From Cyanobacteria bacterium auto_48_18 (lineage in GTDB: Bacteria > Cyanobacteriota > Vampirovibrionia > Obscuribacterales > Obscuribacteraceae), in NCBI GenBank assembly GCA_036170915.1, contig JAVHQC010000033.1, forward strand, positions 224,001 to 288,000: a stretch of 64,000 nucleotides of DNA, given 5' to 3'. How positions within the stretch are numbered: position 1 is the first letter of the stretch; each line of letters begins with the position of its first letter. The translations under genes and the position numbers were made by a program. A model generated the notes under the pieces. It was not told the DNA's origin. It searched no databases and saw only the letters and a list, made by a program, of their open reading frames with translations. Below, piece after piece: positions 9,516 through 18,076 of this stretch.

Positions 9516-10670
9516 TCACAAACAATGAACTCCGCCTTCTTGATTAACCAGCGCGCGATAAAGCATCTCATAACGCGGCACAATAAGCTCCGCCGAAAAA
9601 TTTCTCTCTGCGCGTAGTCGCCCAGCTGAGCCCATTTTAGCTCGCAAGGCACTATCGCTAATTAACTTTTCGGCAGCGCGAGCCAGGCCGTTGACGTCAC
9701 CAAAGGGAAGCAGAAATCCGGTTTCATTATCGACAACAACTTCAGGTATGCCACCAACTGCAAAAGCGACACTGGGGCAATCGAAAAACATGCCTTCAAG
9801 AATGCTCAAGCAAAAACTCTCGCTTTCAGAGGTGAATAAAGTCATGTCGGCAGCTTGCAAATATTCTTCTACTTCGAGTACATTTTCTCGGATAATTATA
9901 TTGTTGCTGAGGCCCAGCCGCTCTGCTTCATCTTCAAAATCAGAAAAGTTACCACCAGCTAAAATTACTAATTTGAATGAGTCTCGCGGCTTGATGCGCG
10001 CTATGGCTTCAAGTAATAAATCTATTCGTTTGACGGGTCGCAAATTGGAAGAATGCAAAATCATCACTTCTTCACCAATGCCTAGTTCTCGCCGTGTCTC
10101 TTCTCTTGAATGTTTGGGTGGGTCGGCTTCGAAGAAATTGTGAATTACTTCCATTGGTCCGTCGAAACCAAGCACCTTTTCGCTCTCTGTTTTAAGGTAG
10201 GAAGAGACTGTAGTGACAGCGTCAGATTGAGTTAATGCGTGGTGAATAGCTGGTCCGTAACCGGGATCTCGTCCGAGTAGAGTGGTGTCGGTGCCGTGCA
10301 GTGTGGTGACAACTTTGGGAAGTTGGTCAGGTCGCAACATGCAGCGAGCAAGAATTGCAGCGGTTGCATGGGGCACCGCGTAATGCACGTGCATAATGTC
10401 GAGATTGTGATTACGGCTCACTTCTGCCATTTTTACAGACAACGGCAGGGTGTAATCAGGATATTTAAAGAGGCCGTAGTCGTTCACGGCAACCTGGTGA
10501 AAGTAAATGCGAGGAGTTTTAGCTGCCAGACGAAAGGGCCGCTCGTAAGAGATAAAATGCACTTCGTGACCACGTTGGGCAAGCTCCCGGCCAAGTGTGG
10601 TGGCAATTACTCCGCTGCCGCCAACTGACGGGTAACAGGTAATGCCAATTTTGAGTAAATCGTCTGCCAT
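9516..10670 (-). CDS. bshA: N-acetyl-alpha-D-glucosaminyl L-malate synthase (GT4)
   Basis: Signature motifs KIGITCYPSVGGSG, LFKYPDYTLPL, HVHYAVPHA, TTLHGTD, HSSNLRPVKR, SESESF. Confidence 0.93.
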   Translation of the reverse strand: MADDLLKIGITCYPSVGGSGVIATTLGRELAQRGHEVHFISYERPFRLAAKTPRIYFHQVAVNDYGLFKYPDYTLPLSVKMAEVSRNHNLDIMHVHYAVPHATAAILARCMLRPDQLPKVVTTLHGTDTTLLGRDPGYGPAIHHALTQSDAVTTVSSYLKTESEKVLGFDGPMEVIHNFFEADPPKHSREETRRELGIGEEVMILHSSNLRPVKRIDLLLEAIARIKPRDSFKLVILAGGNFSDFEDEAERLGLSNNIIIRENVLEVEEYLQAADMTLFTSESESFCLSILEGMFFDCPSVAFAVGGIPEVVVDNETGFLLPFGDVNGLARAAEKLISDSALRAKMGSAGRLRAERNFSAELIVPRYEMLYRALVNQEGGVHCL

Positions 10671-10671
10671 G

Positions 10672-11412
10672 CTAAAAATTCCGTGCTCCCTTGCCTGCTT
10701 GTGTCAGCGACTTATAAACCAGCGGCTCATTTGGGTAAAGCGCAATGGCATATTCGATACCAGCTCGCGCACCAAGTAGTCGCGCTCGTGTCATTTGCAA
10801 ATCGATATAATTGCGAGTGGCGCTTTGTGAACCATGCGCTTGCATGGCAGCCGTCCAAGTAGAAATAATTTCTGGTGACGACACGTCAATATAAATTGGC
10901 GTGGTATCTCTTGGCTCGCCATCAGGAGTGACCGTATAGAAAAACAATTGTTCAATGTTATGGGCGGCTTGGTCAATCAGTTCTTTTAATCCGGCGTAGC
11001 GAGCCAGGCGTGAAGCATCTCGCACCAGTTGACCTAACCGTGCATGATCACTGTGTTGGTTTTCCACTGGCGTTGGGGCCATCACAGTTGTTGGCTTGAA
11101 GCGCCTGATCAACTCAGCAAGTTTGATAGCGTGAGCGGCTCGTACTTCCAGGTGCGCGTCACCATCCAGTTCGATAAATTCAATTGTTGCCCCAAGTATT
11201 TTTGCGGCAGTGGTGGCTTCTTGGGTGCGTTCTTCTGAGCTGCCGTTTGTAGCAGCTTCCCCACGAGAAGTCACAACAAAGTGCACCTTGCGGCCGGCGC
11301 TTGTTTCTAAGGCGACAACTCCACCGCAGCCGAACTCAATGTCGTCGGGATGGGCGCCAAAAACTAAAATAGAATTGCTGGTTTTATCAGAGAAGTTCAG
11401 TGTAGGCCTCAT
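10672..11412 (-). CDS. bshB1: GlcNAc-malate deacetylase BshB1 (PIG-L family)
   Basis: GAHPDDIEFGCGG, RGEAATNG, HSDH Zn motif, terminal AHGSQ. Stop lies 1 nt before the bshA start. ATG 11412 chosen; the ORF track starts at 11433. Confidence 0.85.
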   Translation of the reverse strand: MRPTLNFSDKTSNSILVFGAHPDDIEFGCGGVVALETSAGRKVHFVVTSRGEAATNGSSEERTQEATTAAKILGATIEFIELDGDAHLEVRAAHAIKLAELIRRFKPTTVMAPTPVENQHSDHARLGQLVRDASRLARYAGLKELIDQAAHNIEQLFFYTVTPDGEPRDTTPIYIDVSSPEIISTWTAAMQAHGSQSATRNYIDLQMTRARLLGARAGIEYAIALYPNEPLVYKSLTQAGKGARNF

Positions 11413-12157
11413 CAGATCGGTCAATGGTATCACGGGTCAAATAATTGATCTCGGGCGCGTCAGCGTGATTTAAATAGGCTTGTTCGCCCACTCCGGCAAC
11501 ATAATGAGTGCAGTGTAGTACAGATTGCATCCAACCGAGACGACTATCTCGCGTGGGACTGATTTGTCTTTTAGCGAAAGGAGTTAGTGGAACGTCAGTA
11601 AATTGGTCGCCCCCGTCGTGCAATTTAAAGGCTCCATCTATATAACGAGCGCGCACGGTTTCGTTTTCGTATGGCACATCAACAAAGAAATCGGTAATGT
11701 CCACAGCCGACTGCCGCATTGCCGGGTCGCTCGAACGCACTACCCTTATTCCTTCCAGTAAACCCATTTTGTTATACATCTGCAGGCAAAAATCACTGAT
11801 GGTCGAAGCTGATGTGTCCTTAAAAAGATTGATTAATGCATGGTCAACATAGTTGGGTAACTGAGAAATTGTTTTTTCTTGCCAGCCATCCACAATTCTT
11901 TTGAGATAGAGCGGCGAAAATTTGCGCTGTATTTTATTCTCGAAAGCAAAGTTTAGTTGCGCCGGCACACTGGTGGTGCGGTGCGGCAAGATGGTTCTGG
12001 TTTCTCTAGGGTCATGGTCACTATCGTGATAAAAGAAAACGATTTCGCCGCCTATTTCACTTTGCACACGCCTGGCCGCGGTAATTTTTGCCACCAGAAA
12101 GCGCTTAGGGAAAAATCCACAAGGTTGCTGACCGAAACAAATGACGGGAGAGCTCAT
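11387..12157 (-). CDS. short (256 aa) BshC-like putative cysteine-adding enzyme
   Basis: FGQQP...AKITAA...IVFFYHDSDHD and ISPTRDSR...HYVAGVGEQAYL match the BshC motifs TGQQ/HQ...K...VFWxxxEDHD and SPN...R...YVGGPGExxY. AAGGAG RBS; TGATG coupling to the upstream symporter. Confidence 0.72.
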   Translation of the reverse strand: MSSPVICFGQQPCGFFPKRFLVAKITAARRVQSEIGGEIVFFYHDSDHDPRETRTILPHRTTSVPAQLNFAFENKIQRKFSPLYLKRIVDGWQEKTISQLPNYVDHALINLFKDTSASTISDFCLQMYNKMGLLEGIRVVRSSDPAMRQSAVDITDFFVDVPYENETVRARYIDGAFKLHDGGDQFTDVPLTPFAKRQISPTRDSRLGWMQSVLHCTHYVAGVGEQAYLNHADAPEINYLTRDTIDRSDEAYTELL

Positions 12158-13866
12158 CAGGCGTACTCCTTTGCTGTTTTCTGCTGATTGCTTATCAGCG
12201 TCTGTAAAATCAGACTGAAGCATATGCAAGCCACACAGCCGATTAGTGGATACCAGAGATAGGAGATTGTCAAATTGAAGTACATTGTGAAGACAAGCAT
12301 TTGTGCCGTCAGAGCCGCCCAGAAGATAGCACTGCCCTTAACTCGCTTGATGAAGAATCCCACTAGAAATAGGCCGAGCATTACGCCGTAGAAAATTGAG
12401 CCAAGAATATTCACTGCTTGAATCAGATTTTCAGCCAGATTTGCGCATAAAGCGAAGCCGATGGCTACAAATCCCCACAACGCAGTGAACCATTTTGTGG
12501 CAGTGAGCGACTGGGCATCTGTGGCATCTTTTCTGTACAGGTGCCGATAAAAATCGATGGTGCTGCAGGTGCCGAGAGCGTTTAGCTCTGCGGCTTTAGA
12601 GGCTAAGGCAGCGGCAAAGAATGCTGCCATGAGCAAGCCGATTACTCCGTGAGGTAATTCACGCAATATAAATGTGATGAACACGTAATCAGCATCGTTG
12701 GCTTTTGCATCCGGATTAATACGCGCTAGTTCTTTTGTGGCAGCAGTGCGAACAATTTCTGCTTTTTGCTCTGCTGCCGCGGCAGCAACAAATGCTGCGG
12801 TAGCGGCCTCTTTGTTGCCGTTACGCCGTGCTTGCAGCCACGAGCCTAAATGACTTCTTGCCTGGCTGCGGGCAACACTAAAATCATTTTGATAAGAGGT
12901 CATTGTCGGATTATTTTTGTGGGTTTCCAGAAAACGATTGGCGGTGGCATCGAAAAATAATGGTGGTGCTTGAAACTGATAGAAAACAAACATCAGCACT
13001 CCAATAGAAAGAATGCTAAATTGCATGGGAATTTTGCAAACAGCGTTGAACAAGAGCCCGAGCCGACTTTCGCGAATTGAAGACCCTGAGATGTAACGTT
13101 GCACTTGTGATTGATCGGTGCCGAAATAGGAGAGCATGAGAAAGGTTCCGCCTAAAAGTCCTGACCAGAATGTGTAGCGTTCATTCACATTGGTAGAAAA
13201 ATTGACGGCATTGAGCTTGTGAAAACCACCAGCGATATCAACTGTGTCGCTTAAGCTGAGACCAGGTGGAAGTTTAGCGATTAACATGCAAGCAGCAGTA
13301 ATCATGCCGATGAAGATAATACCCAGCTGGTATTTTTGCGTCACCGTAACGGCGTCGCTGCCTCCCATGACGGTGTAAATAATGACAATTACTCCTGAGA
13401 CAATAATGGTCAAATTCAGTGGCCAACCGCAAACACTGGTAAGCACTATGGCCGGTGCATATATTGTCAAGCCCGCACCCAAGCCTCGCTGCAGCAGGAA
13501 AAGACCCGCTCCAAGCAGTCGTGTTTTGCTGTCGAATCGGTTTTCTAAAAATTCGTAGGCGGTATAGACATTTAGTTTTTGGAAGTTTGGCAGAAAGAAA
13601 ATGGCGATGATGATCAGAGCGATTGGTACACCAAAATACACTTGAATAAAACTGAGCCCACCAAGATAGCCTTGGCCGGGAGTTGACAGAAAAGTAATTG
13701 CACTGGCTTGAGTAGCCATTACCGAGAGGCCAATGGCGAACCAGGGTGTTTGTCCACTACCTTTTAAGTATGCTTTTAAATCGCGCTTCTGCCTCGTGCT
13801 CCAGACGCCGTAGATGGCAATACTAAGTATCGAGACAACTAGCACCACCAGATCTAACGTGTTCAT
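12157..13866 (-). CDS. sodium:solute symporter (SSS/SLC5 family)
   Basis: GLSVMATQASAITFLSTPGQGY, TAYEFLENRFD, YFGTDQSQVQRY, about 13-14 TM helices. ATG 13866 overlaps (ATGA) the stop of the small upstream ORF. Confidence 0.92.
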   Translation of the reverse strand: MNTLDLVVLVVSILSIAIYGVWSTRQKRDLKAYLKGSGQTPWFAIGLSVMATQASAITFLSTPGQGYLGGLSFIQVYFGVPIALIIIAIFFLPNFQKLNVYTAYEFLENRFDSKTRLLGAGLFLLQRGLGAGLTIYAPAIVLTSVCGWPLNLTIIVSGVIVIIYTVMGGSDAVTVTQKYQLGIIFIGMITAACMLIAKLPPGLSLSDTVDIAGGFHKLNAVNFSTNVNERYTFWSGLLGGTFLMLSYFGTDQSQVQRYISGSSIRESRLGLLFNAVCKIPMQFSILSIGVLMFVFYQFQAPPLFFDATANRFLETHKNNPTMTSYQNDFSVARSQARSHLGSWLQARRNGNKEAATAAFVAAAAAEQKAEIVRTAATKELARINPDAKANDADYVFITFILRELPHGVIGLLMAAFFAAALASKAAELNALGTCSTIDFYRHLYRKDATDAQSLTATKWFTALWGFVAIGFALCANLAENLIQAVNILGSIFYGVMLGLFLVGFFIKRVKGSAIFWAALTAQMLVFTMYFNLTISYLWYPLIGCVACICFSLILQTLISNQQKTAKEYA

Positions 13867-14006
13867 ATGCCGAACTCCGTTAAAACAATAAGTAGCGACA
13901 CCCACATAACAAAACTGGCTAATACAAACAAGTAGGCACCCTTCCAAGTTTTAGGAAATGGCAATCCGGTGCTTTCTGTTTCTTCTATTTCTTCCAATTC
14001 ATTCAC
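13863..14006 (-). CDS. 47-aa single-TM membrane peptide (SSS-associated small protein), not in the ORF track
   Basis: Manual translation MNELEEIEETESTGLPFPKTWKGAYLFVLASFVMWVSLLIVLTEFGI*. GTGA overlap with the upstream stop and ATGA overlap with the downstream start. Confidence 0.8.
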   Translation of the reverse strand: MNELEEIEETESTGLPFPKTWKGAYLFVLASFVMWVSLLIVLTEFGI

Positions 14007-16552
14007 TTGCCCATAGCAATCATGTTTGCCAGCAGTCTGTATGCGCCTGGTACGCCGGCGGGCAATTGACGGAAAAATGACAGGCCCGTATAGATGTAGT
14101 GCCCTTTGCCATACTGAGCTACAAGCAGTCCGCCCTTGAGGGGAGCTTCGCCTCTATCATTGCAAGCGATCAGGGGAGTAAACTGCGGGTCCCATTGATT
14201 GGCAAAATAAAGGCCTCGCTCTTGTACCCAACCGTCAAAGTCAGCGGCGGTGAGTTTGTTAGGAGTATTCAAAAGTGGATTTTCGGGGGCAAGAAACGTG
14301 ATTTCTGCTTTTTTATCTGTGACTCGTCCGCTGGAAATATGCAGATCATATGGAGCAATCTTTTCAGTCACCAACTTGTCAGGACGATTATATTGAGTAA
14401 TCACCGTGCCACCATTTTTGATGTATTCAAAAATTGCGGGCAAATCGGCAGCGATGCTTTTGCTAACGTTAAAGGCTCTGACACCAATAATAATGGCGTC
14501 GTATTTTTGCAATTGCTCTAGTGTAAGTTTGCTATCGTCCAGTACAGTGACGGTGTATCCCATCTGCTGAAGATTTTGAGTCAGGCTGTCTCCGGCACCT
14601 GGAATATAACCAATGGTCTTACCGCGAGTCTCAAGATCAATACTTACGGCCTGCATCACCGCTGGTGCTTGCATTAGTTGCCTTGGAATATGCAAATAGT
14701 TGATTTCTTCTCGTTTACTGCTGTATTGCACACCATTTATTTCTGCGACAGCCGCTATCTTGGCTGTTGAAGCCTGTGGTGGGGCCGTGATACTAAATTT
14801 GTAATGCTCGCGTTGTCCGGCGCTGCTTAAATTGATTTTGTGGGTGGCTGGAGTAATTTTCCAGTCGCCAGGGCCTTGCAAACTTAGAGTGCCGCTTGAG
14901 CCACCACGCGCTGCTGTCACTTCCACTTCGACCGTTTTTGTGGTGCCAGGGGTGAATACCATGGTCTCGAAGTTGAAATGTACAAAAACCGGCGAAATGA
15001 CATCAATGGGGCGCTTAGATACCTCACCGCTTTCATTTTTTGAGATTGTCACCGGTTGGTCATGAACTATAAGAGTTTGCCCGTTAACTTCAAAGATTTC
15101 TTCAATAGGAAAAGATGGCGCATTCTCAGCAGTTCCGATCAGGTCAGGATTTTCTGCTGCAAATAATCCGGCAGTTCCTTCTAAGCGCAGCCACCACGGC
15201 TGAGCCAAAAGTGTAGACGCCGGGACCGTCACTTCGGTATCCCAGCTGGCCTCTTTCGCTGAATCAACGATGAGCTGTTTGTTAACTTCTTTATCTAGGG
15301 CTGGATAGCGTACGGCAACAAGTTTGACCGTAACATCAGCACTTTTAGAATTTCGCTTTACAACGTGATGAAGCTTGACCTGCTCTCCAGGCAATACTTC
15401 GTTTTGAGAGATGGTAGTTTGAACTTCAAGTCCAAGGCATGCCTGCAGTATGCCATCGAGAAGTGCACGTTTTTCCACAAATACCGAATCTAGTTGTGAG
15501 TGAGGCAGGGCTGCTAGTTGATTTCGCATTTTCAGCAAGGCCGGCACGCTGGCAGACACATCATCAGGCTTAAAGTTGGCGATAATCTCATCTGTCGATT
15601 TTAGAACAGCGTCGCCACCGGCCACTCGCTTCCAACTGGTATCAATACCATCCATAATGTCTTGAGTAGCCGCTTCGCCATCAAGAAGCTGAAAAGATTC
15701 AGTGCGTGGGCCTGGTGCAATTGGCATTTTGAAAGTATCAAAGCCTTGCGTCTTATGCATAGCGCGACTTTCACCGGCGATGTCCACAAAGGCTTTGCCT
15801 GAGACGGCATCTATGCCACCAGATTCGATTTTTAAGATTTTGGCGGAAGTGACTTTATCTCTCTGCCATGGTGACGTGTTCCACAATATGCGCTTGGGCT
15901 GCCAGGGCTCTAGATGCAATTCAGGAAAAGCATTTTTGTCTCCTGCAAGTTTAAATGCTTCCAAAGCCAGCACCGTTGAGGCCGTATGGTGCCCATGGGT
16001 GCCACCAGGGCTGGGTGAAAATCGCGTTATTAGGACATCAGGTTTAAATTGGCGGATGATACGCACCATGTCCGACAAAATTTCTTTTTTATTCCATGCT
16101 TCTAAAGTATCGACATAGCTTTTCGAAAAACCAAAGTCGATGGCGCGAGAGAAAAATTGCTGTGCACCGTCAATGTGTCTTGCCGCCAATAGTTCTTGCG
16201 TGCGTGCGATGCCCAGCTTTGCGCCGAGGTCGGGGCCAAGGACGTTTTGACCACCATCACCTCGTGTCAGTGAAAGATAGGCAGTGCGGTAATTGCGACC
16301 GCGCGATAAATAAGTAAGCAATTCGGTATTTTCATCATCTGGGTGGGCCGCAATATAAAGCGCGCTGCCCATCTGACGAAAACTTTTGAGGTTTTGAAGG
16401 ATAACTGCAGGAGTTTCTTGTTTCATTTCAGTTCCCAGAACCGCACTGCCGAAAAAAGACGCCGCGCAAACAAACGCACAGCTTAATGCGCAAGCTATTG
16501 CACGGCGCCATTTTCTCGATAGTTGCCAATTGAAATGGTCGGCACCAATCAT
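14003..16552 (-). CDS. exported LmbE/PIG-L family deacetylase/amidase with beta-sandwich region and C-terminal class I glutamine amidotransferase-like domain
   Basis: Signal-like N-terminus, AHPDDE, LSLTRGDGGQN, RAIDFGFSK, HGHH. C-terminal IGYIPGAGD...WVQERGLYF...FFRQLPAGVPGAYRL. Confidence 0.9.
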   Translation of the reverse strand: MIGADHFNWQLSRKWRRAIACALSCAFVCAASFFGSAVLGTEMKQETPAVILQNLKSFRQMGSALYIAAHPDDENTELLTYLSRGRNYRTAYLSLTRGDGGQNVLGPDLGAKLGIARTQELLAARHIDGAQQFFSRAIDFGFSKSYVDTLEAWNKKEILSDMVRIIRQFKPDVLITRFSPSPGGTHGHHTASTVLALEAFKLAGDKNAFPELHLEPWQPKRILWNTSPWQRDKVTSAKILKIESGGIDAVSGKAFVDIAGESRAMHKTQGFDTFKMPIAPGPRTESFQLLDGEAATQDIMDGIDTSWKRVAGGDAVLKSTDEIIANFKPDDVSASVPALLKMRNQLAALPHSQLDSVFVEKRALLDGILQACLGLEVQTTISQNEVLPGEQVKLHHVVKRNSKSADVTVKLVAVRYPALDKEVNKQLIVDSAKEASWDTEVTVPASTLLAQPWWLRLEGTAGLFAAENPDLIGTAENAPSFPIEEIFEVNGQTLIVHDQPVTISKNESGEVSKRPIDVISPVFVHFNFETMVFTPGTTKTVEVEVTAARGGSSGTLSLQGPGDWKITPATHKINLSSAGQREHYKFSITAPPQASTAKIAAVAEINGVQYSSKREEINYLHIPRQLMQAPAVMQAVSIDLETRGKTIGYIPGAGDSLTQNLQQMGYTVTVLDDSKLTLEQLQKYDAIIIGVRAFNVSKSIAADLPAIFEYIKNGGTVITQYNRPDKLVTEKIAPYDLHISSGRVTDKKAEITFLAPENPLLNTPNKLTAADFDGWVQERGLYFANQWDPQFTPLIACNDRGEAPLKGGLLVAQYGKGHYIYTGLSFFRQLPAGVPGAYRLLANMIAMGK

Positions 16553-16564
16553 TTTTAATTTACT

Positions 16565-17434
16565 TTATTTCAGTGTAGACATGAGCTCGGCATTCAATCT
16601 TACGTAAGCAGCGTCGTTGGCTTTCTCAGCTAATTCGGTTGAATGTTTCGAAGCTTCGATGGCACCAGCTTTATCACCCAGCTTGGCTAGAATTTGGGCT
16701 TTAACATAAACCATATAGAAGGCGTCGCGCTCTGCCACAGCAGCGTCAATCCATTTTTTTGCTTGCTGCAAATCTTTGCCATGAGCATAGTAGAACTGAG
16801 CTGCCTGGAAGTATGGCTTTTCTTTCGCATCAGATGCCATTACGGTTTCAATTTGCGAAAGTAATTTGTCGGCGAAATCAACTTCCAATTTGATTGGCAC
16901 TGTTGTTTTGTCCCATGACAAATTTAAGAGTGATGAATTTTCGCGAATGTCATTGAATTCAATTGTGAATGTTTCAAGTGCCTGAGTCACTTTCACTGGC
17001 TTGGCTTTAAAGCGGATGATGTCTGACTTTTCATCATACTTATAAGCTCCCCATTGTTCAGCGCCTTTGTTGATAATGATGGTCCATTCGTCTTTGCCTG
17101 GAATAGTCATCAATGCATAAGTTCCAGCAGCAATATCATTGCCGTTTAACTTAACGGGAGTGCTGAAAATCACTTTAGTCGCTTGGTTGGCACCAGTGCG
17201 CCAGACTTTATCAAAAGGCACAACGCCGCCGAAAATGTCACGACCTTTTGCGCTTGGTCGCGAATACGAAATTTCAATATCGGTCAGCCCGACTCGTTGC
17301 TTGATTGTGCAAGCGGGGCTAGGAGCTGGAAATTGAAGCTTTTGTTCAGCAGCAGGTTGCGCCATCACTGTGGAACCGAATAGCATTGCGCAGCCGGTGG
17401 CGGCTATTGAAAGAGCGATTGTTTTGGAATTCAT
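16565..17434 (-). CDS. DUF2911 domain secreted protein with C-terminal TPR-like helices
   Basis: Signal peptide; PSP...IEISYSRPSAKGRDIFGGVVPFDKVWRTGAN...GTYAL. Confidence 0.9.
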   Translation of the reverse strand: MNSKTIALSIAATGCAMLFGSTVMAQPAAEQKLQFPAPSPACTIKQRVGLTDIEISYSRPSAKGRDIFGGVVPFDKVWRTGANQATKVIFSTPVKLNGNDIAAGTYALMTIPGKDEWTIIINKGAEQWGAYKYDEKSDIIRFKAKPVKVTQALETFTIEFNDIRENSSLLNLSWDKTTVPIKLEVDFADKLLSQIETVMASDAKEKPYFQAAQFYYAHGKDLQQAKKWIDAAVAERDAFYMVYVKAQILAKLGDKAGAIEASKHSTELAEKANDAAYVRLNAELMSTLK

Positions 17435-17476
17435 CTGGTTATCCTGGGTTGGGGTCTACTTAGTACATAGTTGTAC

Positions 17477-17980
17477 TTACTTGTTTTTTGCTTCTAAAAA
17501 TTTGCGACGCTTGTTTTCACGTTCTGCTTGCAGCGCGGGGCTAATTGAACATTCAGTATTCTCGAAAGAGAAAATCTCGCCGGACGGGATATTCCAATTT
17601 TGGTCAATGATCTCTCCCGTTTTTTTATACTTTAGTTCAGCTGCCACTTCTTTTCCTGCGCACGATGAATCCCACTTCAGGGCCCAGGTTCTAAATGCCA
17701 GTAAGACGGCATCAAGCTCTTTGCCTTTTTCTGTGGCGTGGTATTCATAGCGGTCAGGGCGGGTGCTGTAGCGTCGTCGTTCGATAATTCCGTCTTCTTC
17801 AAGTTGTTTTAGTCTGCTAGAAAGGCAGTTTGATGCCATGCCTGTCTGCGCTTGAATTTCTTCGAAGCGTCGCACACCCATGGCCAGCTCTCGCATAATC
17901 AGCAAGGCCCAGCGGTCACCAACTGCACAAAGTGCTCGTGCAATCGGGCAAATACTGTCAAAATTATCGTCCCAGCCCAC
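17477..17980 (-). CDS. HxlR/DUF24 winged-helix transcriptional regulator
   Basis: CPIARALCAVGDRWALLIMREL..G.RRFEE, LSSRLKQLEEDGII, YEYHATEKGKEL. Carries the conserved N-terminal Cys. Confidence 0.92.
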   Translation of the reverse strand: MGWDDNFDSICPIARALCAVGDRWALLIMRELAMGVRRFEEIQAQTGMASNCLSSRLKQLEEDGIIERRRYSTRPDRYEYHATEKGKELDAVLLAFRTWALKWDSSCAGKEVAAELKYKKTGEIIDQNWNIPSGEIFSFENTECSISPALQAERENKRRKFLEAKNK

Positions 17981-18012
17981 TTGAACTCACCGACGAAGTG
18001 GAAGTCAGGACT

Positions 18013-18053
18013 ATTATACAAGTGCCTTTAGAATTTAAAGGCACTTGTGTAAT
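18013..18053. promoter_or_regulatory. 18-bp inverted repeat overlapping a minus-strand TATAAT upstream of the HxlR gene (candidate operator)
   Basis: ATTATACAAGTGCCTTTA-GAATT-TAAAGGCACTTGTGTAAT with 1 mismatch. TATAAT on the minus strand at 18013-18018, about 33 nt upstream of the GTG start. Confidence 0.6.
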
Positions 18054-18076
18054 TTTGTTGCTTTAGCTCAACAATA

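Noticed and set aside
11387..12157. bshC pseudogene
   Set aside because: The frame is intact, with an RBS, coupling at both ends and both N- and C-terminal core motifs. There is no room for a missing remnant nearby.
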